A stretch of DNA of 62,038 nucleotides. It comes from a virus. Taxonomy: Duplodnaviria; Caudoviricetes. The translations under genes and the position numbers were made by a program. Positions 9,771 to 19,654 of the stretch are shown here, one piece after another (position 1 is the stretch's first letter; every line of letters starts with the position of its first letter). The DNA lies in IMG/VR virus record IMGVR_UViG_3300020207_000023, positions 1 through 62,038 of that record, one strand, 5' to 3'. The notes under the pieces are model-generated. The model ran no database searches. It was not told the DNA's origin and saw only the letters and a program-made list of their open reading frames with translations.

Positions 9771-9837
9771 TTGGATCTCCTGTCGTGGCTAGTGTCAGCC
9801 GCACCATGCGACTGTCAGGGATAACATTACTTTACTC

Positions 9838-9868
9838 AAAAAAGAAGGGAGGCACAAGCCTCCCTTCT
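9838..9868 (-). terminator. Intrinsic terminator after major capsid gene
   Basis: AGAAGGGAGGC-ACAA-GCCTCCCTTCT hairpin followed by U-tract on minus strand. Confidence 0.85.
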
Positions 9869-9888
9869 CTTTATTTGATGTTTGTGGG

Positions 9889-10797
9889 TTAAGCTCCAGG
9901 AGAACCAAACACACAACGAGGGTCTGAAACACCGAAGCTGTAACGCTCACGAGCTTTGTAGCGCACATTGCCTGTTTCAAAATCGCCTTCCATGCTGTTT
10001 TGGATTGGCGAACGAACAAAGTGCTTAAAGCCGTTTGGTGCATCCGTCTTAATGAAGAATGCGTCTGTGTCGGTCAGGAAGTGGTTAACCACATAACCGT
10101 CAGGAAGCATACCCATGTTACGGATAGCGTTGGTGTCGTTATCTGCAGTTCCAGGACGCAGATTAGTAGCCATCAAACGCTCAGCCACAAACTGGAGGTT
10201 GGTAGGAATGATCAACTTCATACCACGCAGAGCGATTTTAAGGCCGCGCTCGTCGATGAAGTTAGAGATGTCAATCAGTGACTGCTCAAGCGAAGTTTCG
10301 TTGAGATCAGCCGCAGTTGTCAGCTCATTCCGGAATGTACCACCACCTGTGGTTGGGTGATTTGTTGCACACAATTCTACACCGTCACCAATAGCGAAGT
10401 TAGAGTTAAAGGCGTTGTTAAGAACAGCCGCCGCTTTAACTTGCTTAGTATTCGCCATTGAACGAGCAAGCGCACGAGTGTAGCGTGAGCTGAGGCGGTC
10501 GTAGAGGTTATCCTCAACAGCTTCCTCAGTGATAGCAAACGCCAGTGCGATTGTTTCATGGGTGTAGCGAGATGTGAAGGCTTCGTTTGCGGTATCGTAT
10601 GATACTGCCGCACCTTCACCTTTAGTTGGAGCTTGACCGAAGCCAGCGAGCATTACCTCTTCTTCGAAAGCCCGATCAGAATTTTCGGTTTCGTAGATTT
10701 CGGCGTGTTCGTTGTCGTAACGATCGTATTCCATGCCAAACAGAGCGTTAAGTCCAGGCTCAAGCTCTTTCAGCAGTTGACTTCTAGAAATAGCCAT
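9889..10797 (-). CDS. Major capsid protein
   Basis: MAISRSQLLKELEPGLNALFG start, YKARERYSFG end; after scaffold, before strong terminator. Confidence 0.85.
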   Translation of the reverse strand: MAISRSQLLKELEPGLNALFGMEYDRYDNEHAEIYETENSDRAFEEEVMLAGFGQAPTKGEGAAVSYDTANEAFTSRYTHETIALAFAITEEAVEDNLYDRLSSRYTRALARSMANTKQVKAAAVLNNAFNSNFAIGDGVELCATNHPTTGGGTFRNELTTAADLNETSLEQSLIDISNFIDERGLKIALRGMKLIIPTNLQFVAERLMATNLRPGTADNDTNAIRNMGMLPDGYVVNHFLTDTDAFFIKTDAPNGFKHFVRSPIQNSMEGDFETGNVRYKARERYSFGVSDPRCVFGSPGA

Positions 10798-10809
10798 CAG
10801 AGAGCCTCC

Positions 10810-11412
10810 TTAAATACCTGTGCTGGTGTTGTAGAAGTGGTTGTTCAACTTCACAATCGCCAACCGACCAGCTACAGTCGCATCGTCGTTTGAAGGAGAA
10901 TCTTCATAACCGACAATACGCATATTGAGAGTAGCTGTTGTAGCCGCAGTAGAAACAGCCAGTTCTGCGCTGGAAATACCAGAAGTCGCGTCACCAGAAG
11001 TTGCTGTTGCGAAGTTAGCGTTTGCGTTAACAGCCGCCTGAGTTGCCGCCGCATCACAATTGATCAAGAAAAGCTGATCAGGATGTGCCGCAATGGTACA
11101 AGTTGCTTCAGTACCGCTCTTTACAGAGGCAGTTCCAGGCCACTTGTTAGTGAAGGTAGGAGTTCCATCAAGAGCGATGTACTCACAACCCATAAATGCA
11201 CCGAGCAATGCTACAGTACCACCGTTAGCCGCACCTACAATATCCACAAGACCATTGGCAAGGGGAATAACTGGGCTACCCTGATAAATCACAGAGGAAG
11301 TTCCAGCTGTTCCCGCAGTCTGGATTTTGAAGGTCATCATACCGTTGGTATTTGCACCAGCTCCGAGCATCTTATACGGACGAAGTCCGAAAGCCGCATC
11401 GATATTAGCCAT
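10810..11412 (-). CDS. Putative capsid decoration/minor head protein
   Basis: 200 aa directly upstream of capsid gene. Confidence 0.5.
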   Translation of the reverse strand: MANIDAAFGLRPYKMLGAGANTNGMMTFKIQTAGTAGTSSVIYQGSPVIPLANGLVDIVGAANGGTVALLGAFMGCEYIALDGTPTFTNKWPGTASVKSGTEATCTIAAHPDQLFLINCDAAATQAAVNANANFATATSGDATSGISSAELAVSTAATTATLNMRIVGYEDSPSNDDATVAGRLAIVKLNNHFYNTSTGI

Positions 11413-11426
11413 GCTTTAGATTCCTT

Positions 11427-11885
11427 CTAGTTATCGGAGCCACCTTTAGCCCCGAAAGTTACACGGGATTGCCTATCTGGTTTAAGGATAGGCATTGAAC
11501 TATGCTCTTCCCGCATTAAGTCATTGTCGACCGCTTGCATTTGATCCGCGGTTTTACCACGGAAATAAGCATCACGCTCTTCTTTTGACTCGATTGGGAA
11601 ACGAGCTAAGAGTAGACCGCCAACTCCAATAACCCCCGCGTGTTTACCGTCTTGGATGGTAGGGGATTCAAAGTCAGGGAACTCATCTGCGCGAACAAGA
11701 TCAAAGCCTTCGCGTAGGCGAGCCGAAAGGTTCTTTTTATCGTCCTGACCCATGACTGATTCACGGATCCAACGATGAATGTATCCTTCCGGAGCTGGGG
11801 GTGCATCCAGTGTGGATGGAGGTTGCCAAGGTTTGCGGCGTGAGTCTTTCTCACGAGTTTGTGCTGTGCGTGGGGTACGATCCAT
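11427..11885 (-). CDS. Conserved head-module protein
   Basis: WQPPSTLDAPPAPEGYIHRWIR motif. Confidence 0.6.
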   Translation of the reverse strand: MDRTPRTAQTREKDSRRKPWQPPSTLDAPPAPEGYIHRWIRESVMGQDDKKNLSARLREGFDLVRADEFPDFESPTIQDGKHAGVIGVGGLLLARFPIESKEERDAYFRGKTADQMQAVDNDLMREEHSSMPILKPDRQSRVTFGAKGGSDN

Positions 11886-11896
11886 GATCTATTCCT

Positions 11897-12787
11897 TCAC
11901 GAATTAAGGCGAGCAAGTTGCTTCGCGTATTGTTCATAACTTACACCAAGTTTATCAGCTATGGCAACCTGTGAAGGACTTAGCTTGATTTTTTTGCTAG
12001 AAACCTTCCCAGCCGACCGTGACGCTGGTGCTACTGGTGATCGTGCATTAGACGGCTGTGATGCCCTGTTTTCCTCAAATTTATGGGGAAACTCTTCGCG
12101 CATACGCCGATCTAATTCCTGATAGTACTCATCACTTGTAGGGTCAAAATATTCTGACTCTACCAAGCGTTTATGAATACTAAATGCTGTAAGTGTCATT
12201 GGCTCATCTTGACCAAACCACTCATTTTTACGAGCCCAAGCCTGTGCTTTAGGGTCAGGCTGTGCGGGTTGTTGCTGTGCCTGTTGCTCTGGTTTTGCTT
12301 CAGCTGGCTTAGTTTTACGTTCTTCATACTCAGCTTTTGCAACAGTAAGCCGCTCTGACTCAATAGCCAGTTTAGCCAACTGTTTCTGAGCCTCAATTTG
12401 TGCATCAACATCGCCCATGTTGATAGCATTAGTAAGTTTGGTTTTAAGAATCTCTTCTTGGGTAGAAACACGCTGGTCATACTCAGTTAGGTAAGACTCA
12501 TCAATTTTACTTGACCGTGTTTTTAAATCTTCCATCTGTTGCTGAACTGATTTAGCATAATCAGTAGCCGCTTTTTCACGGCGTTCAGCTTCACGCATTT
12601 TATAGGTTAGCTTTTCAATGCGTTTTTTGACCTTGTCACTATAGCCCTCAAGGTCATCTTCGGAAGCTTCATCACCACTATCGGGGGCGGCTTCCGCTTT
12701 TGCTTCTACCTTTTCATCGGCTTCCGCAGAATCCTCAAGTTCTACCTCTACGGTATCCTCAAGTTCTTCCTTTACATCTTCTTGCAT
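11897..12787 (-). CDS. Putative capsid scaffolding protein
   Basis: Acidic coiled coil, C-terminal KLGVSYEQYAK helix, position. Confidence 0.65.
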   Translation of the reverse strand: MQEDVKEELEDTVEVELEDSAEADEKVEAKAEAAPDSGDEASEDDLEGYSDKVKKRIEKLTYKMREAERREKAATDYAKSVQQQMEDLKTRSSKIDESYLTEYDQRVSTQEEILKTKLTNAINMGDVDAQIEAQKQLAKLAIESERLTVAKAEYEERKTKPAEAKPEQQAQQQPAQPDPKAQAWARKNEWFGQDEPMTLTAFSIHKRLVESEYFDPTSDEYYQELDRRMREEFPHKFEENRASQPSNARSPVAPASRSAGKVSSKKIKLSPSQVAIADKLGVSYEQYAKQLARLNS

Positions 12788-12799
12788 AACTTACTCCTG

Positions 12800-13225
12800 T
12801 TATGTATGCAGAATATCTTCTGGGTTGTTGATCTTGGCTAAGATCTCGTCGTCATTAAGCAAGCGGACTTCGCCGCCATCGATCTTAAAACGACTTCCGG
12901 CATATCTGCCGAATATCACCCAATCACCTTCCGCACACCACGCACCAGTTTCCCCGAATTTATCAGGGTCTTTATACGCCAACGGACCAACTTTCATCAC
13001 ATAACCACATACTGTAGCTAGTGCTTCACGTTCAACCGCTTGGTCTGGGAGGTAAACACCGCCTTCGGTCTTTTTCTTACCCTTAAAGGGCAAAATAAGA
13101 ATACGCCAGCCAGTAGGCTGAGGCATTTTTTCCATGGCAGGGGTTGTTGGGGAGTTTTCTTCTTGTTTCTTTTTAGCTTCTTGAGCTTTTGCAATGTACT
13201 CAGGTACATAGAGGGTGCTAGTCAT
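12800..13225 (-). CDS. groES: GroES-like co-chaperonin
   Basis: PTGWRILI..KTEGGVYLP..GDWVIFGRYAG..LLNDDEILA Cpn10 signature. Confidence 0.85.
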   Translation of the reverse strand: MTSTLYVPEYIAKAQEAKKKQEENSPTTPAMEKMPQPTGWRILILPFKGKKKTEGGVYLPDQAVEREALATVCGYVMKVGPLAYKDPDKFGETGAWCAEGDWVIFGRYAGSRFKIDGGEVRLLNDDEILAKINNPEDILHT

Positions 13226-13409
13226 GATCCACCTTTTTTAGCAGGGCTAAAAGCTCCTGTTCAATGTTAGCAAGCTCTGCAAGACGCGCTCGCAGTTCCT
13301 TGAATGCGGAAAAATCCTCAATTTGGCCTTCAATTATTTGTTGTCCAATGAGCTCTTTCCGTTCCCTAATTATATTAAGGAGTTTTTCATGAATGTAAAG
13401 GTCTGACAT
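13218..13409 (-). CDS. Hypothetical protein
   Basis: 63 aa helical ORF overlapping groES start. Confidence 0.55.
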   Translation of the reverse strand: MSDLYIHEKLLNIIRERKELIGQQIIEGQIEDFSAFKELRARLAELANIEQELLALLKKVDHD

Positions 13410-13410
13410 T

Positions 13411-13806
13411 CTATTTTGTGACCTTTTTCACTTTTTCGAATGTGCGGAGGCCACCCAAGCCAAGCATACCCATCAAAACAGTCATAAGAGAGCTCATATC
13501 AAACTCAGGTAAAGCGGGTATTTCCACTCCTGCCCATGATACACCAAACAAAATCAATGGATTTAGCACAAAATGGTAGGCTAACGCGATACCGCACGTC
13601 CAACCAATGAAAGGACGCCACCCCGCCACAAACAAACTGCGGTGCTGTGCTTCCATTTTGTTGACTTCAACCTGTGCCATCGCCGCTTCATGTGCGGCTT
13701 TTTCTGCCATAGTCGCAATTTCATGCGCCATAGCGTTTTTGGCATCTTTGTCTTCAATAAATTTATCCAGTATACCTGTAACTGGACCGATTAGTGCTTG
13801 TAACAT
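13411..13806 (-). CDS. Holin (3TM, GTA-holin-like)
   Basis: GWRPFIGW and GMLGLGGLRTFEK motifs. Confidence 0.8.
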   Translation of the reverse strand: MLQALIGPVTGILDKFIEDKDAKNAMAHEIATMAEKAAHEAAMAQVEVNKMEAQHRSLFVAGWRPFIGWTCGIALAYHFVLNPLILFGVSWAGVEIPALPEFDMSSLMTVLMGMLGLGGLRTFEKVKKVTK

Positions 13807-13818
13807 ACCCTACTCCGT

Positions 13819-14034
13819 TTAATACACTTCCACTTTGTTACTGTCTATCCTTACTGGTTTGCAATATGCGGTAGCCCTATGCTCTGCAGGAACGCCACTG
13901 ATACTTCCATAATTACCGTATCGTTTTACTACCCTAGCCGCAAAGTAATTACAGTCATCAATAGACCGAAAATACATATCTTGGCTCTGCACCTTTCCAC
14001 CTAATAGCACAACCAGTAAAAACGCATGGATCAT
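13819..14034 (-). CDS. Small protein with hydrophobic N-terminus
   Basis: 71 aa, two Cys. Confidence 0.5.
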   Translation of the reverse strand: MIHAFLLVVLLGGKVQSQDMYFRSIDDCNYFAARVVKRYGNYGSISGVPAEHRATAYCKPVRIDSNKVEVY

Positions 14035-14264
14035 TTTTTATCAACAGGTTTGACCTCTACTGATTTATGCTCATGACCCATCCATATGCCAAAAACGCCC
14101 GTCATAACGCCCATGACAACAGAAACAAAAGCAGATTGCGGCGCACTAGGGTCTTCTAATGACATAAACCACTCAGCGCACCGCCACGACATAGCCGTAC
14201 TAACCAGCATCATAAAACGAGGCAGGATCTTCCACCGCAGAAATTGTTCTACGGTTACAGGCAT
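14031..14264 (-). CDS. Small two-TM membrane protein
   Basis: WKILPR..WFM..QSAFVSVVMG hydrophobic segments. Confidence 0.6.
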   Translation of the reverse strand: MPVTVEQFLRWKILPRFMMLVSTAMSWRCAEWFMSLEDPSAPQSAFVSVVMGVMTGVFGIWMGHEHKSVEVKPVDKK

Positions 14265-14548
14265 TAACGGACACCCTTAAACTTAGTGCCGCGCATCGCC
14301 TTACCGCCACCGCGACAAGAGCTTGACTTTTTGCCTTTTGCCATGCCACCTTTTTTGTAGCCTTTGCGAACCATACCGCCGCCCATATACTTTTTACGAG
14401 CCATGCCACCTTTTGATTTTTTATCAGGCTTCACACCATACTCCTGGAACAACTCAGCATCGATCTCAATAATCTTATCCATGTCGTCGTTTTCTACAGC
14501 ATTGCGCCGCAGTTCCATTAACTCTTCCATTCTCATATCATCAGCCAT
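14264..14548 (-). CDS. Protein with basic KGGM repeats
   Basis: Acidic N-half, Lys/Gly-rich C-half. Confidence 0.55.
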   Translation of the reverse strand: MADDMRMEELMELRRNAVENDDMDKIIEIDAELFQEYGVKPDKKSKGGMARKKYMGGGMVRKGYKKGGMAKGKKSSSCRGGGKAMRGTKFKGVR

Positions 14549-14558
14549 GCTAGTCTCC

Positions 14559-15275
14559 TTAAGGCTTCTGTTTATTCGTTAAAGATTCCTGTGCAACACT
14601 TCTAATATACCCTGTCACTTCATCTGGTGACATACTGGTGTATTTAGAAGCGATTGTATTTAATTCTTCATCTGTTTTAGGTTTATTTTCTGGTTTGTTT
14701 TCGGGTGGTTTATCCAAACCCCAACCCAATTTACCAGCAATTTGGTTGCCGATTGAAATAGCACTGGCAAGTCCTTTATCTATGCCCATCGCGCTAGGGA
14801 CAACTGATAAAATACCCAAAGGCGTTGTTTCTCCAGGAATCATACGCTTAAGAAGATTTTGTTGGAGAGTATGATATGGACTAAAGTTCGCATAGTTTTG
14901 AAGCATCGTGTTGGCAAAAGACATAGGCGAGGTATACGCAATATTGCCAAAAGGGTCTAAATACTGACCTGTAGGGGTAAATTTCTGCACAAATTGTTGA
15001 ACTTCGGGGTTGTTATAATAATCATTACCACCAATGCCATCAATTAAATTGTTTTGAATCATCCCAGCGGCGAGCATATTTTGGAAAGTGCTACCACCGA
15101 TATTGATGCCCCGAGCTTTTGCCCGAGCCATTTGGTCTTGCACATAACCTAATACTTTGTCGTCAGAAGACCTGCCACCTGTTTGTTCTTGGTTGCCGCC
15201 AGTGTAGCCTGTGTCTGATGCTGTGGTATTAGCACCAAAATCCTTATCACCTACTTCAGCACCAATATCAGCCAC
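14559..15275 (-). CDS. Hypothetical protein
   Basis: 238 aa ORF after portal. Confidence 0.55.
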   Translation of the reverse strand: MADIGAEVGDKDFGANTTASDTGYTGGNQEQTGGRSSDDKVLGYVQDQMARAKARGINIGGSTFQNMLAAGMIQNNLIDGIGGNDYYNNPEVQQFVQKFTPTGQYLDPFGNIAYTSPMSFANTMLQNYANFSPYHTLQQNLLKRMIPGETTPLGILSVVPSAMGIDKGLASAISIGNQIAGKLGWGLDKPPENKPENKPKTDEELNTIASKYTSMSPDEVTGYIRSVAQESLTNKQKP

Positions 15276-15277
15276 TA

Positions 15278-17674
15278 CTAGCCTCCTCTATTCATACTGC
15301 GTTGCATAGCAATTTGCGCTCGCATAGCGGCAATATCCTCAGTGCTTTCAATACGCTCACGGGCAATAGCCGCCTGTTCATTGGCTTTTTGCCTATTAAA
15401 CTCAAGCTCCATTTGGTCTTGCTGTGCCTGTTGCATTTGCTCTTGCTGGCGCAACTGAAGTTCCTGTTGCTTGAGGTCAACCAATGGGTCTTGCTGACCA
15501 CCGCCCAATACCTGTTGCTCTTGCTGGAGGTATTCAGTAATCAACTGCGTTTCAATTTGCGCTACCATTGCTTCGTGCATTTCTGGCGGCTGTTGTTGGG
15601 CGTTTGGATCCTGCATCATTTGCTGGTCATGCACCATTTTAGCCTTCATACCGATATGCTCAAAAATATGCGTTTGCAAAAGCTGAAGCGCGGCGGGGTT
15701 TCCACGCACTACCATACTTGACATATACGCTAAATGCGCTTGGATATGGGCATCATGGTCTTGCTGTGGGAAGGCTTGTATTTGTTGCCGCCCAGACAAA
15801 GCAAGTTGCAAAATGCCGTTTTCCTGTGCCGGACCCATCGGAGTAGGCTGTTGTGGTGGCGGCAAGATTTGCTCAATATTGTCTACGCCAAGCGCGGTAT
15901 ACACACGGCGGTAAGCCTCATACTGGTTATGAAGCTGAGGCTGTGCCATCGCTAGTTTCAACTGCTCCTGCGCCAGACTTACCCGCTGTGACATACTAAA
16001 GATGTTAGGGTTGGCTACTGGAACAATATCAATACGACCATCAAAGTCAGACTGTTTCAAACCCTGCTGGTTATTAGTAACATTGTAAGGGTAATCACCA
16101 CCCTCAAGCGAAATAATTTCCGCAAGCAGTTTGAACTCTTGCTTCATTGCGTTATACAGCCGCTTATGCACCGCTGACATAATACGGCTACCGCGTTCCA
16201 TAAGGGCGACTGTTGTGCCTACAGGCATTTCCGTATTTTGGATATTACCTGTGCCAATATCTGTAGTGCCTACAAATTTCTGCGCCGCATTAACTACAAA
16301 ACCGAGGAGTTGGAACAGAGTCGCGCTAGGCTCTTTGTAGGGCAAAGGCAAGAGCGAGCCGCGTAGCTCTGTCCCAACCACATCGACGTCGCGCCACTCT
16401 CCAGGCTGAAGGGGCTGGTCGTCATCTCGTATCCGTAGCCCTCTAGCCTTAAATCCAGCTGGCATATTGGCTAATGTGCCAGCATCTACCAGTTGGCGTA
16501 GGTTAGCGGTAGCTGTACGGGACAAATTACCAAGCAAATGGATCAAACCATTACCGTAAAACCCTAATCCTGGAGTGAACATATAATGGACAAAATACTG
16601 CTTTTTGCGCTTATTTGGGTCATCTTCCGCGTAGTTGCGGTAAATTGACAGCACTTCGCCAGAATCTGCGGAAACCGTTACAATATACGGCAATTTTACC
16701 CCTGTAGCCTCGCCAGACTCGTCTTGGTCGGGGAAATCTTCTAAATCTAGGTAACAATGGCACTCATACAGGGTGATTTCTTCATTATCCCCTGCCCTCT
16801 CCATACCAGAAAGCTGTTCTTTAGTATCATCCAGCTCACTATAATCACCCTCCCCTGCTTCTACATCAATATCACGGTAAAAACCGCTAATTTGGAGCTT
16901 GCGTAGCTCATTTGGGGACATTTTTATGATGTGTGTAACACGCTCAGAACTCGCTAAATCCGTAGCATTATACGGAACCAGCATATCTTCAGCCATTACA
17001 AACTTACTAACCTGACGCCCGAGCTGTGGGTCTTTATACACTTTCTTAAATGCGCTACCGCAAAGCCCCAAATAGTAAAGCATTTGGTCAAATTCAGCAT
17101 CGTATTCATCCATTACATGAACAATCTGGTAATTCATGTAATCTTTAATGCGGTCTGCCTGTTTTTCTAGGTCAGGGCTAGTATCGCCCAGCACTTGTGT
17201 CCGCACTGGACCACTCGGCGGCAATAATTCTTTATAGGCTTGGCTTTGGAATTGGCTAACGGCCTCGTTCAGCATTGGGTGGATAACGCCAGTAGCCCCT
17301 GCAAAGGGTTCGGTGCGGTTATCGTATTTAAGCCCTAAAAGGTCGAGTCCTTTAGTGTAAGTACTGATCCACTCTTTGCGCGACGAATTATCCTCATCTA
17401 CTTTTTCTAGCACCATACTAGATATAGCGACTAATTCATCATCATTTACACTCTCAGCAAGGTTACTGCCAAAGCCCATATCTTCAACAGAAGCAGTTTC
17501 AGGCTCCGCAAATTCTACTGAGCCATCTTCCATACGCGACATTTCCATACCATCGAAACTTGGTTCGGGGGCAGGGGCAGGAATATCCACCTCTAAATCA
17601 TCATCAGGCAAAGTTTGCCCAACCAATGTGAATTCACGTTCAATATTATTATAGGCACTAGGTTTTCTAGCCAT
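15278..17674 (-). CDS. Portal protein
   Basis: 798 aa after TerL; GSAFKKVY, GFYGNGL motifs, Gln-rich coiled-coil tail. Confidence 0.85.
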   Translation of the reverse strand: MARKPSAYNNIEREFTLVGQTLPDDDLEVDIPAPAPEPSFDGMEMSRMEDGSVEFAEPETASVEDMGFGSNLAESVNDDELVAISSMVLEKVDEDNSSRKEWISTYTKGLDLLGLKYDNRTEPFAGATGVIHPMLNEAVSQFQSQAYKELLPPSGPVRTQVLGDTSPDLEKQADRIKDYMNYQIVHVMDEYDAEFDQMLYYLGLCGSAFKKVYKDPQLGRQVSKFVMAEDMLVPYNATDLASSERVTHIIKMSPNELRKLQISGFYRDIDVEAGEGDYSELDDTKEQLSGMERAGDNEEITLYECHCYLDLEDFPDQDESGEATGVKLPYIVTVSADSGEVLSIYRNYAEDDPNKRKKQYFVHYMFTPGLGFYGNGLIHLLGNLSRTATANLRQLVDAGTLANMPAGFKARGLRIRDDDQPLQPGEWRDVDVVGTELRGSLLPLPYKEPSATLFQLLGFVVNAAQKFVGTTDIGTGNIQNTEMPVGTTVALMERGSRIMSAVHKRLYNAMKQEFKLLAEIISLEGGDYPYNVTNNQQGLKQSDFDGRIDIVPVANPNIFSMSQRVSLAQEQLKLAMAQPQLHNQYEAYRRVYTALGVDNIEQILPPPQQPTPMGPAQENGILQLALSGRQQIQAFPQQDHDAHIQAHLAYMSSMVVRGNPAALQLLQTHIFEHIGMKAKMVHDQQMMQDPNAQQQPPEMHEAMVAQIETQLITEYLQQEQQVLGGGQQDPLVDLKQQELQLRQQEQMQQAQQDQMELEFNRQKANEQAAIARERIESTEDIAAMRAQIAMQRSMNRGG

Positions 17675-17763
17675 TCGCTTTCCCCCCTTGAATTACGCGG
17701 AAAATGGGCTTGGGGGCAAGGCTCTGCTGAGCTAACTGCACAGCCTTTTTCAAATCATCTAAT

Positions 17764-19236
17764 TTATCCGTAATAGATTTGTTTTCTTGGTGGACCTTCA
17801 ACATAATCGTCATAATCCTCTGGGTGCTGTATAAACCCGCCTTCGCGAAACCGTCGGAGAGCCTGTGTTACCGTGTCAACGAAATCATCATTTTCGCCAG
17901 CCGGAAACGCCGCACACTCCTCTATGACTTCTTCCGCCCATCGTGTATCTGGAGCCCATACTAACCCAGATTCAAGGAGAGGCGCAATGGAGTTTACTCT
18001 TGTGTATTTATCATTCCCTCTGGACGGGCTATAATTCTGCACCGGAATACCCATACTGCGTAACTCTTGCGTCAACGGCATACCACTCGCCTTGGCCTCA
18101 ATCAACACACATTCCGGATCCCAATAATTATATTCCTCCATTGCAATACGCCGCAACTCAGGGAAATCCCATCGGCCACGCCGCGCATCACACAGAATAA
18201 TGTTTGGTGGTTCTCCCTCCTTAGGATAAAACACACCCCATGTGGTTATAGCACTAAAATCAGCATTCGTCTGTTTACTAAACGCCGTATCATAAGACTG
18301 CATCACATAACTCAGCGGCGGGATATCTTCCTTTTCCCACTTCTGCCACCAATCACGCTTCAATATAGCACTCGTCTCAGAAGTAGGATTCTGTTGCCAC
18401 TGCGCTTCCCACTTGCCAACAGACAAAGAAGCCTTAACCTTTAACAACTCATCCTTTTTCCAAAACTCCGGCCACAAAACCTTATCATCATCCAATAACG
18501 CCGGAAACTCAACCACCTCCCACTGGTCTGCCAATACATCGCGAGCCTGTTGCTTCAACAACTTACCCGTCAAATCTATCTCGGACCATCGCGTCATCAC
18601 AATTACAATCGCTCCTCCAGGTTGCAAACGCTGGCGTGGACCAGAAGTATACCACTCATACGCATTCTCCAATGCCGCAGGGGATAACGCATCCTGCTCC
18701 GAGTGCGGATCATCAATAATCATCAAATCCGCACCACGACCAGTAATCGCTCCTCCAACACCAGCCGCAAAATATTCGCCACCAGCATGGGTCTCCCATC
18801 TACCCGCCGCACTACTATCCTGCCGCAACTTTACATCCGGAAAGACCAGAGAGTATTCGTTACTGTTCATAAGGTTACGCACCTTACGTCCAAACCTCAC
18901 CGCCAATTCACCTGTATGCGTCGCCTGAATAATCTTTAACTTAGGGTTCAATCCCATCAACCAACTCGGCAACAAATAACTGGCAAACTCCGACTTCGTA
19001 TGTCGCGGTGGCATATTCACTATCAACCGCTTAATACTGCCATCCGCCAATCCATTAAACTTCTGCGCCATCACCTTATGGTGATTCCCCTCAATAAACT
19101 CAGGCCATACCGTTTTGGTATAAGCCATAAAATCCTTCCTCGCGCGATCACTCGAAGCATACTGTCCACTCTTTTCAAGCAAACGAGCATACTGCTTCAA
19201 CACATCTTCAGGAATAGTCAATGGAGCGTCTGGCAT
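17764..19236 (-). CDS. terL: Terminase large subunit
   Basis: NMPPRHTKS Walker A, IIDDP Walker B, SYDTA and NDDFVD nuclease motifs. Confidence 0.95.
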   Translation of the reverse strand: MPDAPLTIPEDVLKQYARLLEKSGQYASSDRARKDFMAYTKTVWPEFIEGNHHKVMAQKFNGLADGSIKRLIVNMPPRHTKSEFASYLLPSWLMGLNPKLKIIQATHTGELAVRFGRKVRNLMNSNEYSLVFPDVKLRQDSSAAGRWETHAGGEYFAAGVGGAITGRGADLMIIDDPHSEQDALSPAALENAYEWYTSGPRQRLQPGGAIVIVMTRWSEIDLTGKLLKQQARDVLADQWEVVEFPALLDDDKVLWPEFWKKDELLKVKASLSVGKWEAQWQQNPTSETSAILKRDWWQKWEKEDIPPLSYVMQSYDTAFSKQTNADFSAITTWGVFYPKEGEPPNIILCDARRGRWDFPELRRIAMEEYNYWDPECVLIEAKASGMPLTQELRSMGIPVQNYSPSRGNDKYTRVNSIAPLLESGLVWAPDTRWAEEVIEECAAFPAGENDDFVDTVTQALRRFREGGFIQHPEDYDDYVEGPPRKQIYYG

Positions 19237-19448
19237 GGGTCATGTCCTACAGCCAACATCAAACAAGCAATCAAACTACATAAATCGCTCTCTTCCAAAT
19301 ATATGTAATGCGTATGCCCATCCTCATAAAACAAGGTCAAAGCTATATCGCCATCTTCACTGGTCGTAACGCCCACATATTCTGGATCTCTGTTCATGAA
19401 TTCAAAATAGTATAAAAATTTCTGAGGGGCAATGAACCTATAACTCAT
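19218..19448 (-). CDS. Small hypothetical protein overlapping terL start (start uncertain)
   Basis: ORF track only. Confidence 0.35.
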   Translation of the reverse strand: MSYRFIAPQKFLYYFEFMNRDPEYVGVTTSEDGDIALTLFYEDGHTHYIYLEESDLCSLIACLMLAVGHDPCQTLH

Positions 19449-19454
19449 ATTTCA

Positions 19455-19654
19455 AAAAAGGGGGGTGGGGGTACGCGAATAATTATCTCGGTACTAACGA
19501 TGTCGAAAGAACCGTGTATACGCCTACGCATATACACCACTCGTCTGTCAAAGGGGGGTTGGGGGTGTGGCATTTTTGCCACATAGCCTAAAACGCCGCT
19601 GGGGACCCATAGGCGGCGGTTGTGCGGCTGGCGGTAGGTAACACCGCCAGCCGC
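19455..19654. other. Non-coding hairpin and G-tract cluster, candidate genome terminus/packaging signal
   Basis: Two G-run blocks and four inverted repeats. Confidence 0.45.
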
